NCBI GenBank assembly: GCA_038496445.1
Contig: JALMLS010000050.1
Coordinates: 1 to 64,000 of the forward strand
Origin: Trichosphaerium sp. ATCC 40318
Lineage: Eukaryota; Protista; Tubulinea
Reading direction: 5' to 3'
Length of the DNA stretch: 64,000 bases
Positions within the stretch are counted from its first letter, which is position 1. Each line of letters starts with the position of its first letter. Below are positions 25,843 to 39,699 of this stretch, one piece after another. The translations under genes and the position numbers were made by a program. The notes below the pieces were generated by a model. The model made no database searches and was not told the DNA's origin. It saw only the letters and a program-made list of their open reading frames with translations.

Positions 25843-26598
25843 GATGGATTTAACACAATGTAAACAAACATGTAACGAATCGGAGAAACTCTATTGTAAT
25901 AAAAAAATAAAAAAAAACTAACTTTCTCACTAGTCCGTTCGACAAATTGATATATCTTGGGTTGCTACATCACGTGGTGTAGTAGGTTTAACAAAATTTC
26001 CGTTAAGTTCACATTGAGGCCGAAAACCCCGAACTACTTCAGTTTGTAGCTACAGTGCACTCTTGCCTGCCGGAAATGTAAGAAAACTACAGCAGGAATG
26101 CTTTTCTAGCGAAAGATCAAACAAAAACTGGCTTCGTGCCTGGATTATTACGGTTATTGTTCCACTAATTTGACAACCGTGTACTATGGTGATCTGCATA
26201 ATGTAATCGCAACACGAAGAGTGCAGTCCTTGAATAAAAATAAAGTCATCAGGTCAGATTTTAACCTTTACTAAACGTTACAATCCAAAGTGTTTAATAC
26301 CTTTTTGTCAGATAGGGACACATCTGTTTGGGCGTTCCCAAATAAGATCAGCTTTGTACCATTTCCTGAAAACAACCGTTATTTATTACGGGACATAACG
26401 TATTTGACAAATGAGCAGAGAAATAAAGTAAAGTTTAACCAAAAAAGCGTCAACTCCATTTTTCTGCAGTTTTTGAACACGTGCTTTTTTTCAGACGTTA
26501 AAAAACGCCTGCTGAGCTTTGATTGAACATTGCTCAATATTTATAAGAAGGATAAGTAACAATTAAACAATAATTTATCGGCTATTTTTTTAGCCTTC

Positions 26599-29004
<2,406 letters not shown>

Positions 29005-29499
29005 CTTTAACGTTTTAGTAGCTGGGAACTAATCGAGAAATAGTTAAGTTTCGTTTTAAGCCAGGCTGGCAGTCAGGTGATTACTCCACGTGATGAAGCA
29101 GTGGGACCTGTAAACCTTTTGCCAATACCCTGAATAAAGGCGAGCAAAGTGCTCCAGACACGATTGACTACGAAAGACTTGACATGCATTGATTGTGTAA
29201 TTATTACTCGTGGGCCGAATTCTTTAAAAATACAAATACCCACAACTGTAACGTTTATATACACCAAGACAGGTCATCACCACACCAAAAGGTACGCGTT
29301 ACTCTGAGCATGAAGTATTTTAGAAACATACACCGATAAAAACACATAATTGTTGCGCTTTGAGTTGCTTCCACGCATTGAGGCAAAATTTGGTGGTATT
29401 TTCAACGATTTGTGCTTTCAGAGAGAAATTCGTTCCATAAGCCATACTAATACGCAAAACATAGGGTATGGGCCGTAAGAAAACTAAAGCACTACTATT

Positions 29500-32400
29500 A
29501 TGACCTCATGGAAAGGAAGAATCAACGAGCTTTGTATGAAACGCAGATGGGATTTGCCAAAGTACGTTGTTCTGGCTACTCGCACTTTCTTTTAGGCAGC
29601 TTTTTCAGAGCAGTTTCACAAAAAAATTGTGCCTCCGCCAGGTGTCGCGCTGTTCACACCCATCGCGTAAATACGGTGTTCTAATCGTCGTACAAGGTAT
29701 TCAACCACAGCCGAAGGCCCACCTCACATGCCAAAATATTTTGCTTCTGTAGAGATAGATGGAATGGTATACAAGACGCTGCAACACGCTCGCACTAAAA
29801 AGGTATTCAAAGAACTTTTCGAAAAAATTAGATTTGTTTTTTTCAAGCACAGCGTTTTTCTAATTGTGCAAAATTTGCTCTAAGAGGAAACTCTTCTAAA
29901 ACAACTACACACCGCCGATCATTCAGATCAATTTCAATTTAAGCACGTGTCACGTTTAAGTAAGCTGTCTTTTTTTTTGCATTTTTTCTCTGAGAGGTCT
30001 ACAAAAATTTTGGTGCCCAGCACCTAGCGTTGGGGTTCCTAAACAGGCCTATGGATCGTTTAGATGACTTGAGCTCCCCACCTTACGGCCTGTGGGTTTT
30101 ACACGATCCTATGGAACTTATAGACTCTCAAACTAACGCTGGTAAGTTAGCACAACAACAAGCAGCTAAGGTGGCTTACCTCACAATTACCCAAGTACCG
30201 CAACCCACTGTACAGACACCAAGTAGCTATGGGAGCTACGGTAGCACAGGTAAAAGTGCCAAGTCACTTTTGAACGAACACTGTCAGCGTCACAGGCTCC
30301 CCATGCCTCAAATTGATATCATTAAGATGCGTACGTTGTTTTTTTGTTCTCTGTAAACAAAACGGGATTTTCACCTACGTGCTCTTCCCAATTTACTAGT
30401 CACCTCTCTTATTAAAACTAAAAAGGTTTTACGCCTCAGTTTTTGTAGAGTAGCGTATTAACTTATTATTTTTTAATTTAAAGTCGGGTTCTTAATTTTC
30501 TCCCTTTTAGCTGTTTCGCCAAATAGTATACATGTAAATTACCAAGCTATAACGACATTTGAGGGTAGAAACTTTAGGTCTGATCCAAAAGCAAGAGTAA
30601 AAGAGGCAGACCAGGTAAGAAAAATAAAAAATTATTCAAGTTGGAAGACGAACCTGACATTTTCTGAGACTTTTGTGTTAGGATATAGCGTCTAAGATAC
30701 TCACGTGGTTGATGAGACCGACGAGAGTAGATAATCGCGATGTAGACCAAAAACCAACGCCGCGTCGTGAGTCACATCCTCTTGATCGAGAAATATCTCC
30801 TGGTGGGCTTAGAGGTGGTGGGTTACCTCGTCGTGGACGTACAGATACTACTCATGTCGAAAGTAAAAAACCTAGAATGGAGGTACGAAGAAAATCGATT
30901 TTTTTGTAGTACTGGATCTAAAGGCGAGCTTAGGATCCCTATGGTGATGATTATGGTAGGGGCTATGGCGAGGTATTGTGTTTTTGATTTGATTTTGTGT
31001 TGCTAACAGGTTTTGTGTAGAATTATAATGCGAGCAGGGCTACTGATTCGCGTAGAACACGAGAACGCAGGGTTGATTTTGTACGATAAGACTACTCAGC
31101 TGAGGGAGAAATTATTTACATTTTGATATTTAGGATGATTATGAAGAAAATACAATAGAGGCACGCAATGAACTCAAAGACCATAGACAGGTGAGGTTTT
31201 TGAGTATCTCTTTTTTAATTACTAACAGTTTCTTTTACAGCCTGATCTACAGTTTACTACTCAAGCCAGGGCATCTCCATCGCCGGCGAATAGATCTCCT
31301 GGAAATAAGGACTTGCATGTAAAGATGCATGCAAGTCCTTCAGAACGTGCTGCTCCAAAAAAATTAGGCGAACTGGAACTCCTTTCAGAAAATGTTGTAA
31401 CTCCAAACCCGCGAAACTTTGTATCTCCTAAATTTTCTGACGACGAAGAAGATGTTCCTACGCGCCTCAATCGCCCACCACCAGCAGACTTTGTATCTTC
31501 CCCATACATGGAACCACCTCCACCTAATTTTGCGACTCCAAAAGGGCGCAACCCACCTGCTCCATTTTACGAAGACGATGAAGAAGCTCCTACGTTTCGT
31601 AATCGCCCACCGCCAATTAATAGACTAAGCCCAGAGAAACCTCAATACCAAACTCGCCTTGACGATCTAACAAATCAAGAGACATCTGAACCTCGTTTAC
31701 GACCTTCCTATGCAAAGCGACCAAACCAAGAGACTCCTGAATACAGTTACAGATCTCCTGACGCTTCTCCTTCTAAACGACCAACTCAACAACCTCCTCA
31801 ATACCGCTATCCTCCTGACGATGCGCCTACGCGGCGACAACACCCTGGTTTCGCGGATACAGCACCACCAATACCAGCTGCATCACAGCGTAAACCGTCT
31901 CAGTCTGCAATATCCGAATTGAATGAGATGTGCCAAGAATGGCGATTGACTCCTGTTATATACAAACAAGAAGGTAGAGAAGGTCCAGATCACGCTCCTT
32001 GGTTTCTATTTTCTGTGACTATCTCTGGACGCAAGTTTATGGGAAAATGGCAGCAAACTAAGAAGAAGGCAAAGCATCAATGCGCAAGTAAGGCATTGGC
32101 TTCTTTGAGAGTAGCTGGTAAAGAAAAAGTTGAACAGATGGCGAGGTAACATATTTTTCCGATTTTCTCTCAGAGACAATTTTTGAACTCAATGACTGAC
32201 TCTTTTTTTGAAGTGAATCGATTTTCAACCCACCACCTACACCGTCTTATCAAGAACGTCGTAGACCACCAGTACATTCACAACACCCTGAAGATCGTTA
32301 CGAACGGCCAGAACGTTATGAACAGCGTGGTTCGCAGTATGAGGAGTACCGTAGACCAGAGTATAGATATAAAGAAGAACAGGATAGGAGAGGAGACTAT

Positions 32401-32871
32401 GATAGGTATGCTAGAAGACCAGATGAAGATAACTACCCACGACAAGATCGGAGATACGAACAGGGAGATTACGAGTACTATCCTCAACGTAGGGCACCTC
32501 CACCACAGCGGTATGATGAGTATGGCTACAGTGATTCTCATCAGACACCATATACACAGCAGCGGCCTACTAGGCGGCGCTCTCCTCCGAGAGCACCAAG
32601 ACCTGAATGGGATGATACGCCGCGCGATTCTCACACTCAGCAACGCAGAGCTACTAGATCACCTGCTACGCACTCCCCACCTCACTCACCCCATCCAAGC
32701 GGCCAAGCAGAGTTTCACAGCCCACAATCAGCTAAGCAATCTCCTAAAGCAGCATCTCCAAAATATGTTGATGTTAGTACAGCTGATCTTAATGCTGTCT
32801 TAAGCGCACTTGGAGATGACTTGTCACAAGCTCAGATTGAAAACCTTACTAGGCAGTTAGACAACATGTAA
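29500..32871 (+). CDS. Double-stranded RNA-binding protein with three dsRBDs and Pro/Arg/Tyr-rich disordered regions (DRB-like)
   Basis: dsRBD1 WKGRINELCMKRRWDLPKY..EGPPHMPKYFASVEIDG...TKKLAQQQAA; dsRBD2 AKSLLNEHCQRHRLPMP...VKEADQDIA; dsRBD3 ISELNEMCQEWRL..EGPDHAPWFLFSVTISG..TKKKAKHQCA. No RNase III or deaminase domain seen. Confidence 0.88.
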
Positions 32872-32906
32872 CTTATCCTCCTAACCAGTTAGGAAGATGT
32901 TGTAAA

Positions 32907-33053
32907 TCTTATCACCTCCTAACTAAGGCGGTGGTGGTTGGATCCTTGAGCGTAGTGCCCTATGTCATGATGTGCAAAGTTAATATCATGACCGTAGGTC
33001 ACTACGCCCATTTGTTCGCAATCACCACCGCCATAGTTAGTAGTGTGATAAGA
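32907..33053 (+). ncRNA. Long imperfect RNA hairpin (pri-miRNA-like or 3'-UTR dsRNA element)
   Basis: Nested pairings: TCTTATCAC/GTGATAAGA, CTAACTA/TAGTTAG, GGCGGTGGTGGTTG/CAATCACCACCGCC, GCGTAGTG/CACTACGC, CCTAT/GTAGG, GTCATGAT/ATCATGAC. Wobbles are G-U on the + strand. Confidence 0.7.
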
Positions 33054-33170
33054 CGTATTGTTTAGCTGTCTGGGACTAAAATGAGCAAGACAAAACAATA
33101 ATAATAAAGTATAATCATGTATAACGTAGTCTTTCGTGTTGCTATACTTTCCACAATCCGTGATCAATAC

Positions 33171-35933
33171 ATGGCAGTCTCTGTTATTAAACGACGTCAC
33201 AATGTTGAGTACAACATTGAAGCTGTTTACCTTTTACGATTAAAACTTGCTTTTTTTGGCGTAAGGCAGCAACGGTCAGCGAAAGTAATTGTAGAAAGCA
33301 GAAGTGACATTGTTGTAGCTTGTTGTATATGGCAGCGCGTTACTACGCGACATTCAGTACCGATCAAGGTTCTAAAAGTACTATTTTGCGTAATTCTAAA
33401 CGCGCTAGGTTTTAACCGCGGTAAAGTCGGCCAGGAATCATCACTTGGCTTTACCATAGGCGGAAGGTAGGCTTATATCGTTTTGGAAGGCACTAACCGG
33501 AACAGAAAACCAGGTGACAACATTGTAGCGAAAAAGCTACAATTACAAATAACAGGGCCTGATAAGGTTAAAGTAAAATTATCTATTGCCAGTAATTGGG
33601 TAACAGCAAAGTACACACCACAAAAGGTATGTTGAGTTACATTGTACACTATACAATGCTAATCAACCATAGCCAGGCAATTATGCTGTTTCGGTACAAT
33701 ATGAAAATACAAAATGCTCTCACGACCCTATAAACATAATAATACTCAAGGATTGTGCGTGTACAAGGGTTCATAGCGCATAAATTAACTTTTGTAGCAA
33801 ATACTCCTTCCAGTTCCCCACCTGGTTCAATATCGCCCAGAACATCACCAAGGGGTCAGACTAAGCAACCCAAGCAACCTAAGCAACCAAAGCCGAAAAA
33901 AGAAAAAATCAAAAAAGCAAAAGAAAAACAAGAAGGAAGAAGCAAATTATGGCTAAGCGTAAAAGGAGTATTCTCAACAGGACCTAGTGATGGCGAAAAG
34001 TCACCTAGACAAAAGTCAGCGAAATCTCCAAAAAAACAGAAAAAAGCCGAAAAAGCAGCCTTCAAGAAGAGCCAAAGAGAGGCAAAGAAGAAGAAAAAGA
34101 AAGGAAAAACAACAAAGAAAGCAATGATACAACGAGCTTCATCTGATAAGCATCTGAGAAACAGAAATCCAGAATTCAATAATTTTCCTAAACGTGAAAA
34201 CTTAGAATTTGATCTTGAATTTCCAAGCCGTAAAAACTCTAGACCTAACTGGCTTCAACAAAATGCAACTCCTCCAGTAAGTGTTAGACTTAGAGGAGAA
34301 CAACAAGGTATTTTAAATGTACCACGTGTTTCCAGTATCTGACTTTTTTCAGAAGTTGCACCTCTACCTATTAAAACAAATGAAGCTGCGCCTCCACCTA
34401 TAAAAACAAATGAAGTTGCACCTCTACCTATAAAAACTAATGAAGCTCCTCCACCACCTATAAAAACAGCTCCTAGACCACCAGGTCCACTTATTAGGCA
34501 ACCACCTCCTGAGACATATAAAAGGCCAGCTTGGAATGCTACACCCAAAGCTACACCTACAATACCGACGACAAAACAAGAAAATAAACCCACTTGGCAA
34601 CAACGACAACAGCAACAACGACAACAACAACAAAGACAACAACAACTACAACAGCAACAAAAAGCTAAACCACAGGTAACATACCCATGAAATGATGACG
34701 TTGTTTATCTAACTTTTAAGCAGGTCAACAAACCTACGTATACTGTAGTAACACAACCTAATTCAACTGCAAAACCACAAAGAGCAGTACGTTTCAAAAA
34801 CCGATACGAGCTATTACGGTTTGACTCACATGTTTTTTAGCCAGCTCCTAAAAAGAAAGTAGCTCCTACAACAGCCACTCAAAGCCCAGCAACTAGTCTT
34901 GTATGCTTTCATATAAAGAGTTTATTATAAAGCGCTAACGAACGTATAGGCACCAACAAAGCCTGCAAAAAGACAATTCCGACGTTCAATGTAAGTGACA
35001 TTTTGACACATTCCATTCAGAGAAAACGAAGACTCCACTTTTTTTTCTCTTCTTTCTTCTTGCGTTTCAGCCGCTAACTTCGTGTTTAGGTCTGTTCCTG
35101 CTCTTAATGTTACACAAGGAGATAAATGGCTAAGTCTTATGAACAAGAACAGGTACACCTTTAACAAAATGACAAGGTGCTAATACTTTTCTTTTTTTTT
35201 TCCAGACAAAACGAGCATAACGCTATAAATGCTGAATCAGATGCCCGAACAGCAAAGGGTGTTCAATGGGTTATTAGAGAAATGAAAAAATTAATTAAGG
35301 TCATCATTCAAAATGGAAAAAAAGGTACCAAGACCATGCAGGCAGCCGCTTCGTTTGGTGTTTTTTTTGCCTATTAATTTTTTTCTTCGAAGGGTCTGAC
35401 GGAAAGTATCACATATCTTATGGTGAACTGTTCGAAAAGACTATGGACGCATTTGAAGCTCTATCTGGCACATTACGTGCAGCAAAAAAACAGAAAGTAG
35501 TTTCATACCAAGGAGAGATGTTACTACGTGGAGCGTCAAATAATGTTGACATTACGCTTCTACAAGAAACATTTGACGAGAGTCAAGCCATAAAACAAAT
35601 ACACAACACAAAGGTACTAAGAATCTACCTTGATATTTACTTATATTAACACGTGTTTCACAGGTCACAAGAGGTGCAAAGAAGCCACTAAAGATACAAA
35701 AAGAGGAGAGCGTTTTCCAAAAAGCGACATGTTCGAAATGTCAGAAAACTGTTTATCCAAATGAACGGCTTGCAGCAAATGGACATATAAGACATAAGAC
35801 GTGTTTTACATGTCATGTATGTAATAGCAAGCTACGTATTACAGATTATGCATTTGCGAATGATCGTTTTTATTGCTTGCCTCATTACAAGCGTATAGTA
35901 CAAGAAACTGGAGGTAACTATTCAGGTTTGTAA
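33171..35933 (+). CDS. Actin-cytoskeleton protein: filamin repeat, basic/Pro/Gln-rich linker, Costars domain, LIM domain
   Basis: Filamin repeat GKVGQES..FTI...ITGPD...YTPQKPGNYAVSVQY; Costars GELFEKTMDAFEALSGTLRAAKKQKVVSYQGEMLLRG; LIM CSKCQKTVYPNE...HKTCFTCHVC...YCLPHY. The 5' exons are approximate. Confidence 0.85.
34355..34470 (+). repeat. 30-nt coding tandem repeat, about 4 copies (xAPxPIKTNE)
   Basis: gttgcacctctacctattaaaacaaatgaa-type units repeated in tandem. Confidence 0.85.
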
Positions 35934-36129
35934 AAAAGATAAGTAAGTTGTGTTATGTATGTAAGAAGATCAAAAAAAAACCTTCAGTTAAAATAAACTA
36001 CTTGAAGTATTGTGTATCGAAAAAATTGATGTATTATTGTGTCAGTATTCATTATTTACAGGCACCTTCCTATGTAGAAATAAATCCAATAAATCTGGTA
36101 TCAAATACAAATGTATCTTTTAGTCACGT

Positions 36130-36400
36130 GCTCAGCAACGACCTGCATAGGTTGTTTTAGCAACAGTATACACTTGCCGTAATACATGCAATAATACAAC
36201 CCACAATAACAAGACGAGTAGCAAACCGTCACATGGGAACATGAAAGAAAAACGCAGAAGGAAAGCGAAAAAACGTACGAACAATAGCAACGGGTATTTC
36301 CCATGCAAGTTGATCCAGCTATTCAACTACTTTTAAGGGTCGTTATCCAAAAAATGCAAGGTACCCTTCGCCTGTAAATCAATCAAGTAGCCACGTACAT
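36130..36400 (-). pseudogene. Degenerate third paralog of the small Cys-rich membrane protein family
   Basis: WEIPVAIV followed by a homologous intron and Cys-rich TM tail. The intron acceptor is changed (gtttgttAG to gtttgctAC) and the 5' part is not recognisable. Confidence 0.55.
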
Positions 36401-37069
36401 TATTGAAAGGAGGTTTCTATGTCTGATCAAACCAAATCCTCTAATTCGTCATTAACGTCCTTGGTAGTACCTTAATTTATTAATACAAATAGAACGATAC
36501 TTGTGAACAGTTACAATGGGTTTTCTTTTCTCGCTTTCTTTATACTGCTGACTCCTTTTAGTTCTATTTTTTGGTGGTAGTATAACAATACAAAAATGCA
36601 GTACATTTGTTGGTATAAAAGGAGACCTCAAGTCACGTGCTCAAAAACGGAAAACATTTTAAGTTCATTCAAGTTTGTAAAAACCTGTTATTGGCCTATG
36701 GGAGTCAAGTTAGCTATTGCGGGTTGGCTGCCGCATGGCTCACTACAACACAAATAAAATTCTGATGCAGACAATAAACTTCGTGTACACCAGATAACAG
36801 GATTTACCGTTGTAACTCCTGTTAAATTTTTTGCCAGTTCAGTTTTCTACCTAAACCATTTATCCGCGTATTTGTCCATACAAGCTTAAAGCCACGCGTT
36901 CCATACCCTGTAGACATAAACTAACCCACTCAGAAAAGGCTTTTTTACCGTTTATCTTTTTTGCTAGTGAGTGTGTTTCAGGAAGTGCACGAAATAGTTT
37001 TGTTTTTATTGAACCATTACATGAGAAAGAATTGTTTGTTATATGTATGAGACCTTCCTGTACGCAAAA

Positions 37070-37525
37070 TTAAGCATAGGTAGGTTGTTTCTTCTTGCGA
37101 GCAACAAGTACGCATCCAACAATGCATCCAATACAACAGCCCAAAAGAGCAATACCACCTAACAAATAGTCACGTGAGAACAGGAAACAAAAACAACAAT
37201 GGGGAAGGGAAAGAAAAAACGTACCAATGATAGCAACGGGTAGTACCCATTTCTTCAGACACGCTGAGCCAACGACTTGATCCGTACAACATTCTGCCAT
37301 TATACCAGCATCTTTATTCATAATAGTGCCACTGCATGTACAGCAAAAATCCCAACCATTGTACTCAATAAACAACTCATTTGCTGGACAACTTGTATCT
37401 AGAGTTACTTCACAGCTTATGCCATCAGTATCTGGCCCTGACGACATTAGTTTCGTCTCTGCAAGGAACGTAGAGGCGCATAGGTATGCGAAAGATAGTA
37501 TTAGGACGAGAGTAGTTGCTGTCAT
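37070..37525 (-). CDS. Small Cys-rich single-pass membrane protein (tandem paralog A), one intron
   Basis: Signal peptide, Cys-rich ectodomain (DFCCTCSG), TM segment split by a short intron, tail RKKKQPTYA. Confidence 0.8.
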   Translation of the reverse strand: MTATTLVLILSFAYLCASTFLAETKLMSSGPDTDGISCEVTLDTSCPANELFIEYNGWDFCCTCSGTIMNKDAGIMAECCTDQVVGSACLKKWVLPVAIIGTFFLSLPHCCFCFLFSRDYLLGGIALLGCCIGCIVGCVLVARKKKQPTYA

Positions 37526-38525
37526 TGTGGTGGAAGATAAATATGGGTGTAACTCACAACTTTTACTTCACGGAACAGGAGAAAAAAACGGTCCACCAAG
37601 CAAAAAAGCATACTATTGTTTATTGTCCATGTCATACAAGTTAGAAGATTTTTTGCCAGTTCATATTTCTCCGGAAAACTTGCAAGTTGCAAATTTTATC
37701 AAACCTTGCACGACTTTGCGAGATTGTTTATGAGTGTAGCACTGCACTAGAGTACACACGCTAACCTGTTGAAGTATCCTTATAGAGTACAGTGTGATGT
37801 AGGTCCAGAAAGTCACGTGCTCATTACTGATTGTGAGTTACTTCTTGAAATAGCGTTATTTCAGGGCAACTTCAATGGATAGATTTGAAGTTTTCTGGAA
37901 TGTAGACTTGAAGAATGAAGAAATAATTTTTGACAGTCTAAAATCTGGTCGAATTACAAAGTTGTCCTATGATGGAGTCGGTTAGTTTTTGCTTATTATT
38001 TTGCCTCCGATGCTTACTACAATACGAGCAAAGTGCTTTAGAGTAATTTCACATGTCAGGTTTCATGTAAAACAAGGACATCTTTTGTTGTACTTCTTGA
38101 AATGGTACGGTAATTGGCTGTTTTACAGGACTTTGCGTTACCAATCGCCCCTAAGAAAACTCATAATTTTATGCTCCTACAAACTTTTCTTTTTAGCCAT
38201 CATTTGCTTTGTAGTTATCTGTGGGCGTAAGGTATTCATTACAAAAGTTCTTAGCCAAATAAAAATATCCCAGGTTTAAATGAAAGTCGACATGTAATAA
38301 AGTTAATAAAACCATAATTCTCCTTACCTCGTACCTGTAGCAACTCATCTTATAACCGTAGCTAAGTTAGTCGACATAGTCGAACGGATGAAAACTAATT
38401 GAAAAAACAAAATGTATGCGCTTTCTTTGTTAAAATAGTTTATTATGAAACACGTGCAAAAGAGTTTCTCCATTGTATTGTTCGCACGTAACAAGTCAAT
38501 CATCGAGACCTTGCTGTGCGTAAAA

Positions 38526-38978
38526 TTAAGCATAGGTAGGTTGTCTCTTCTTGCGAGCACAAAGTACACATCCAACAATACATCCAATACAACAGCCCAA
38601 AAGAGCGATACCGGCTAACAAACAGTCACGTGGGAACATGAAACAAAAAAGAAAGGAAAAGGGAAAAAACGTACCAACGATAGCAACGGGTAGTACCCAT
38701 TTCTTCAGACATGCTGAGCCAACGGCTTGACCCATACAACATCCTGCCATTATACCAGCGTCTTTATTTATCCAACTACCACTGCATGTACAGCAAAAAT
38801 CAAAACCACCGTACGACATAAACACTTCTTTTGGATCAGGACAACTTGTGGCTTGAGTTTTTTCACAGTTTATGCCATAAGTATCTGGTCCTGACGACAT
38901 TAGTTTTGTCTCTGCAAGGAATGTAGAGGCACATAGGCATGCGAAAGATAGTATTAGGACGAGAGTAGTTGCTGTCAT
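38526..38978 (-). CDS. Small Cys-rich single-pass membrane protein (tandem paralog B), one intron
   Basis: Near-identical signal peptide, TM and tail to 37070-37525, with a shared 5' flank and a divergent ectodomain. Confidence 0.8.
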   Translation of the reverse strand: MTATTLVLILSFACLCASTFLAETKLMSSGPDTYGINCEKTQATSCPDPKEVFMSYGGFDFCCTCSGSWINKDAGIMAGCCMGQAVGSACLKKWVLPVAIVGTFFPFSFLFCFMFPRDCLLAGIALLGCCIGCIVGCVLCARKKRQPTYA

Positions 38979-39699
38979 TGTGTTGGAAGATGATAAATAT
39001 GGGTGTAACTCACAACTTTTACTTCACAGAAATCCCAGATTTTAACGACCGAGGAAGCGATTCTCGCGAAAATTCAAGCTAGCGCGTGCCTACTAACTAT
39101 CGGATATCCGTTTACATTGTTAAAAGGTGCTGATTGTACGCTAGATCTTTTTTTTTAACTTCAAGGGTTTCGAGAATCCTACTAACTGTATACCACCAAA
39201 ACCTGTTGGTAACACGTGACAAATGGTTTTCTTCAGTGGTATTAGATCGTGCACCACTAGCTTATGAAGAAGTGACTTCTCGCCATTTGTCGTGACAATT
39301 GTTTCTTGTTACGCTCATATTGCTGTGAAATATCTATTGCGTTCTAGCGTGCAGTTTCGCAGGTATTCGTGCAGCGAAACGCTAGGGATCATAAAAATAA
39401 CATACTACGGTGTAGAGGAGTTACGTTTGTTTGAAACGATGAGTATTGCGACACAGAATGAGAAACAATCAGAAGAGTATGATCAATTAAAAAAGTGATT
39501 TATCTGAACATTTATTCGAAACCTCATCAACACCGTTATGTATCTATCAAAATAACGCAATATTAAGAAGGTCACATACTCTACATACTATAACCTTGCT
39601 ATTGTAGTTCTATAACAGCTGTCGGGACAAAGGCACCTTCCGGTTAAATACCATCTGCTTGTGAATAGGAGAAATAACAGACGTCACTAAAGATAAGGG

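Noticed and set aside
29090-29133. GTGATGA...CTGA, C/D-box-like, upstream of NOP2
   Set aside because: Only about 44 nt long, with no terminal stem or recognisable guide.
29985-30040. CTGAGA...GCACCT...AGCGTTGGGG resembling an intronic TPP riboswitch
   Set aside because: There is no P2/P3 upstream of CTGAGA and no P5 (TGAT...TAAT) element, and the host gene is unrelated to thiamine.
30040-30135. Crossing helices suggestive of an HDV-like or hammerhead ribozyme
   Set aside because: Element order and conserved cores (HDV L3/P1.1/J4-2; hammerhead CUGANGA...GAAA) are missing.
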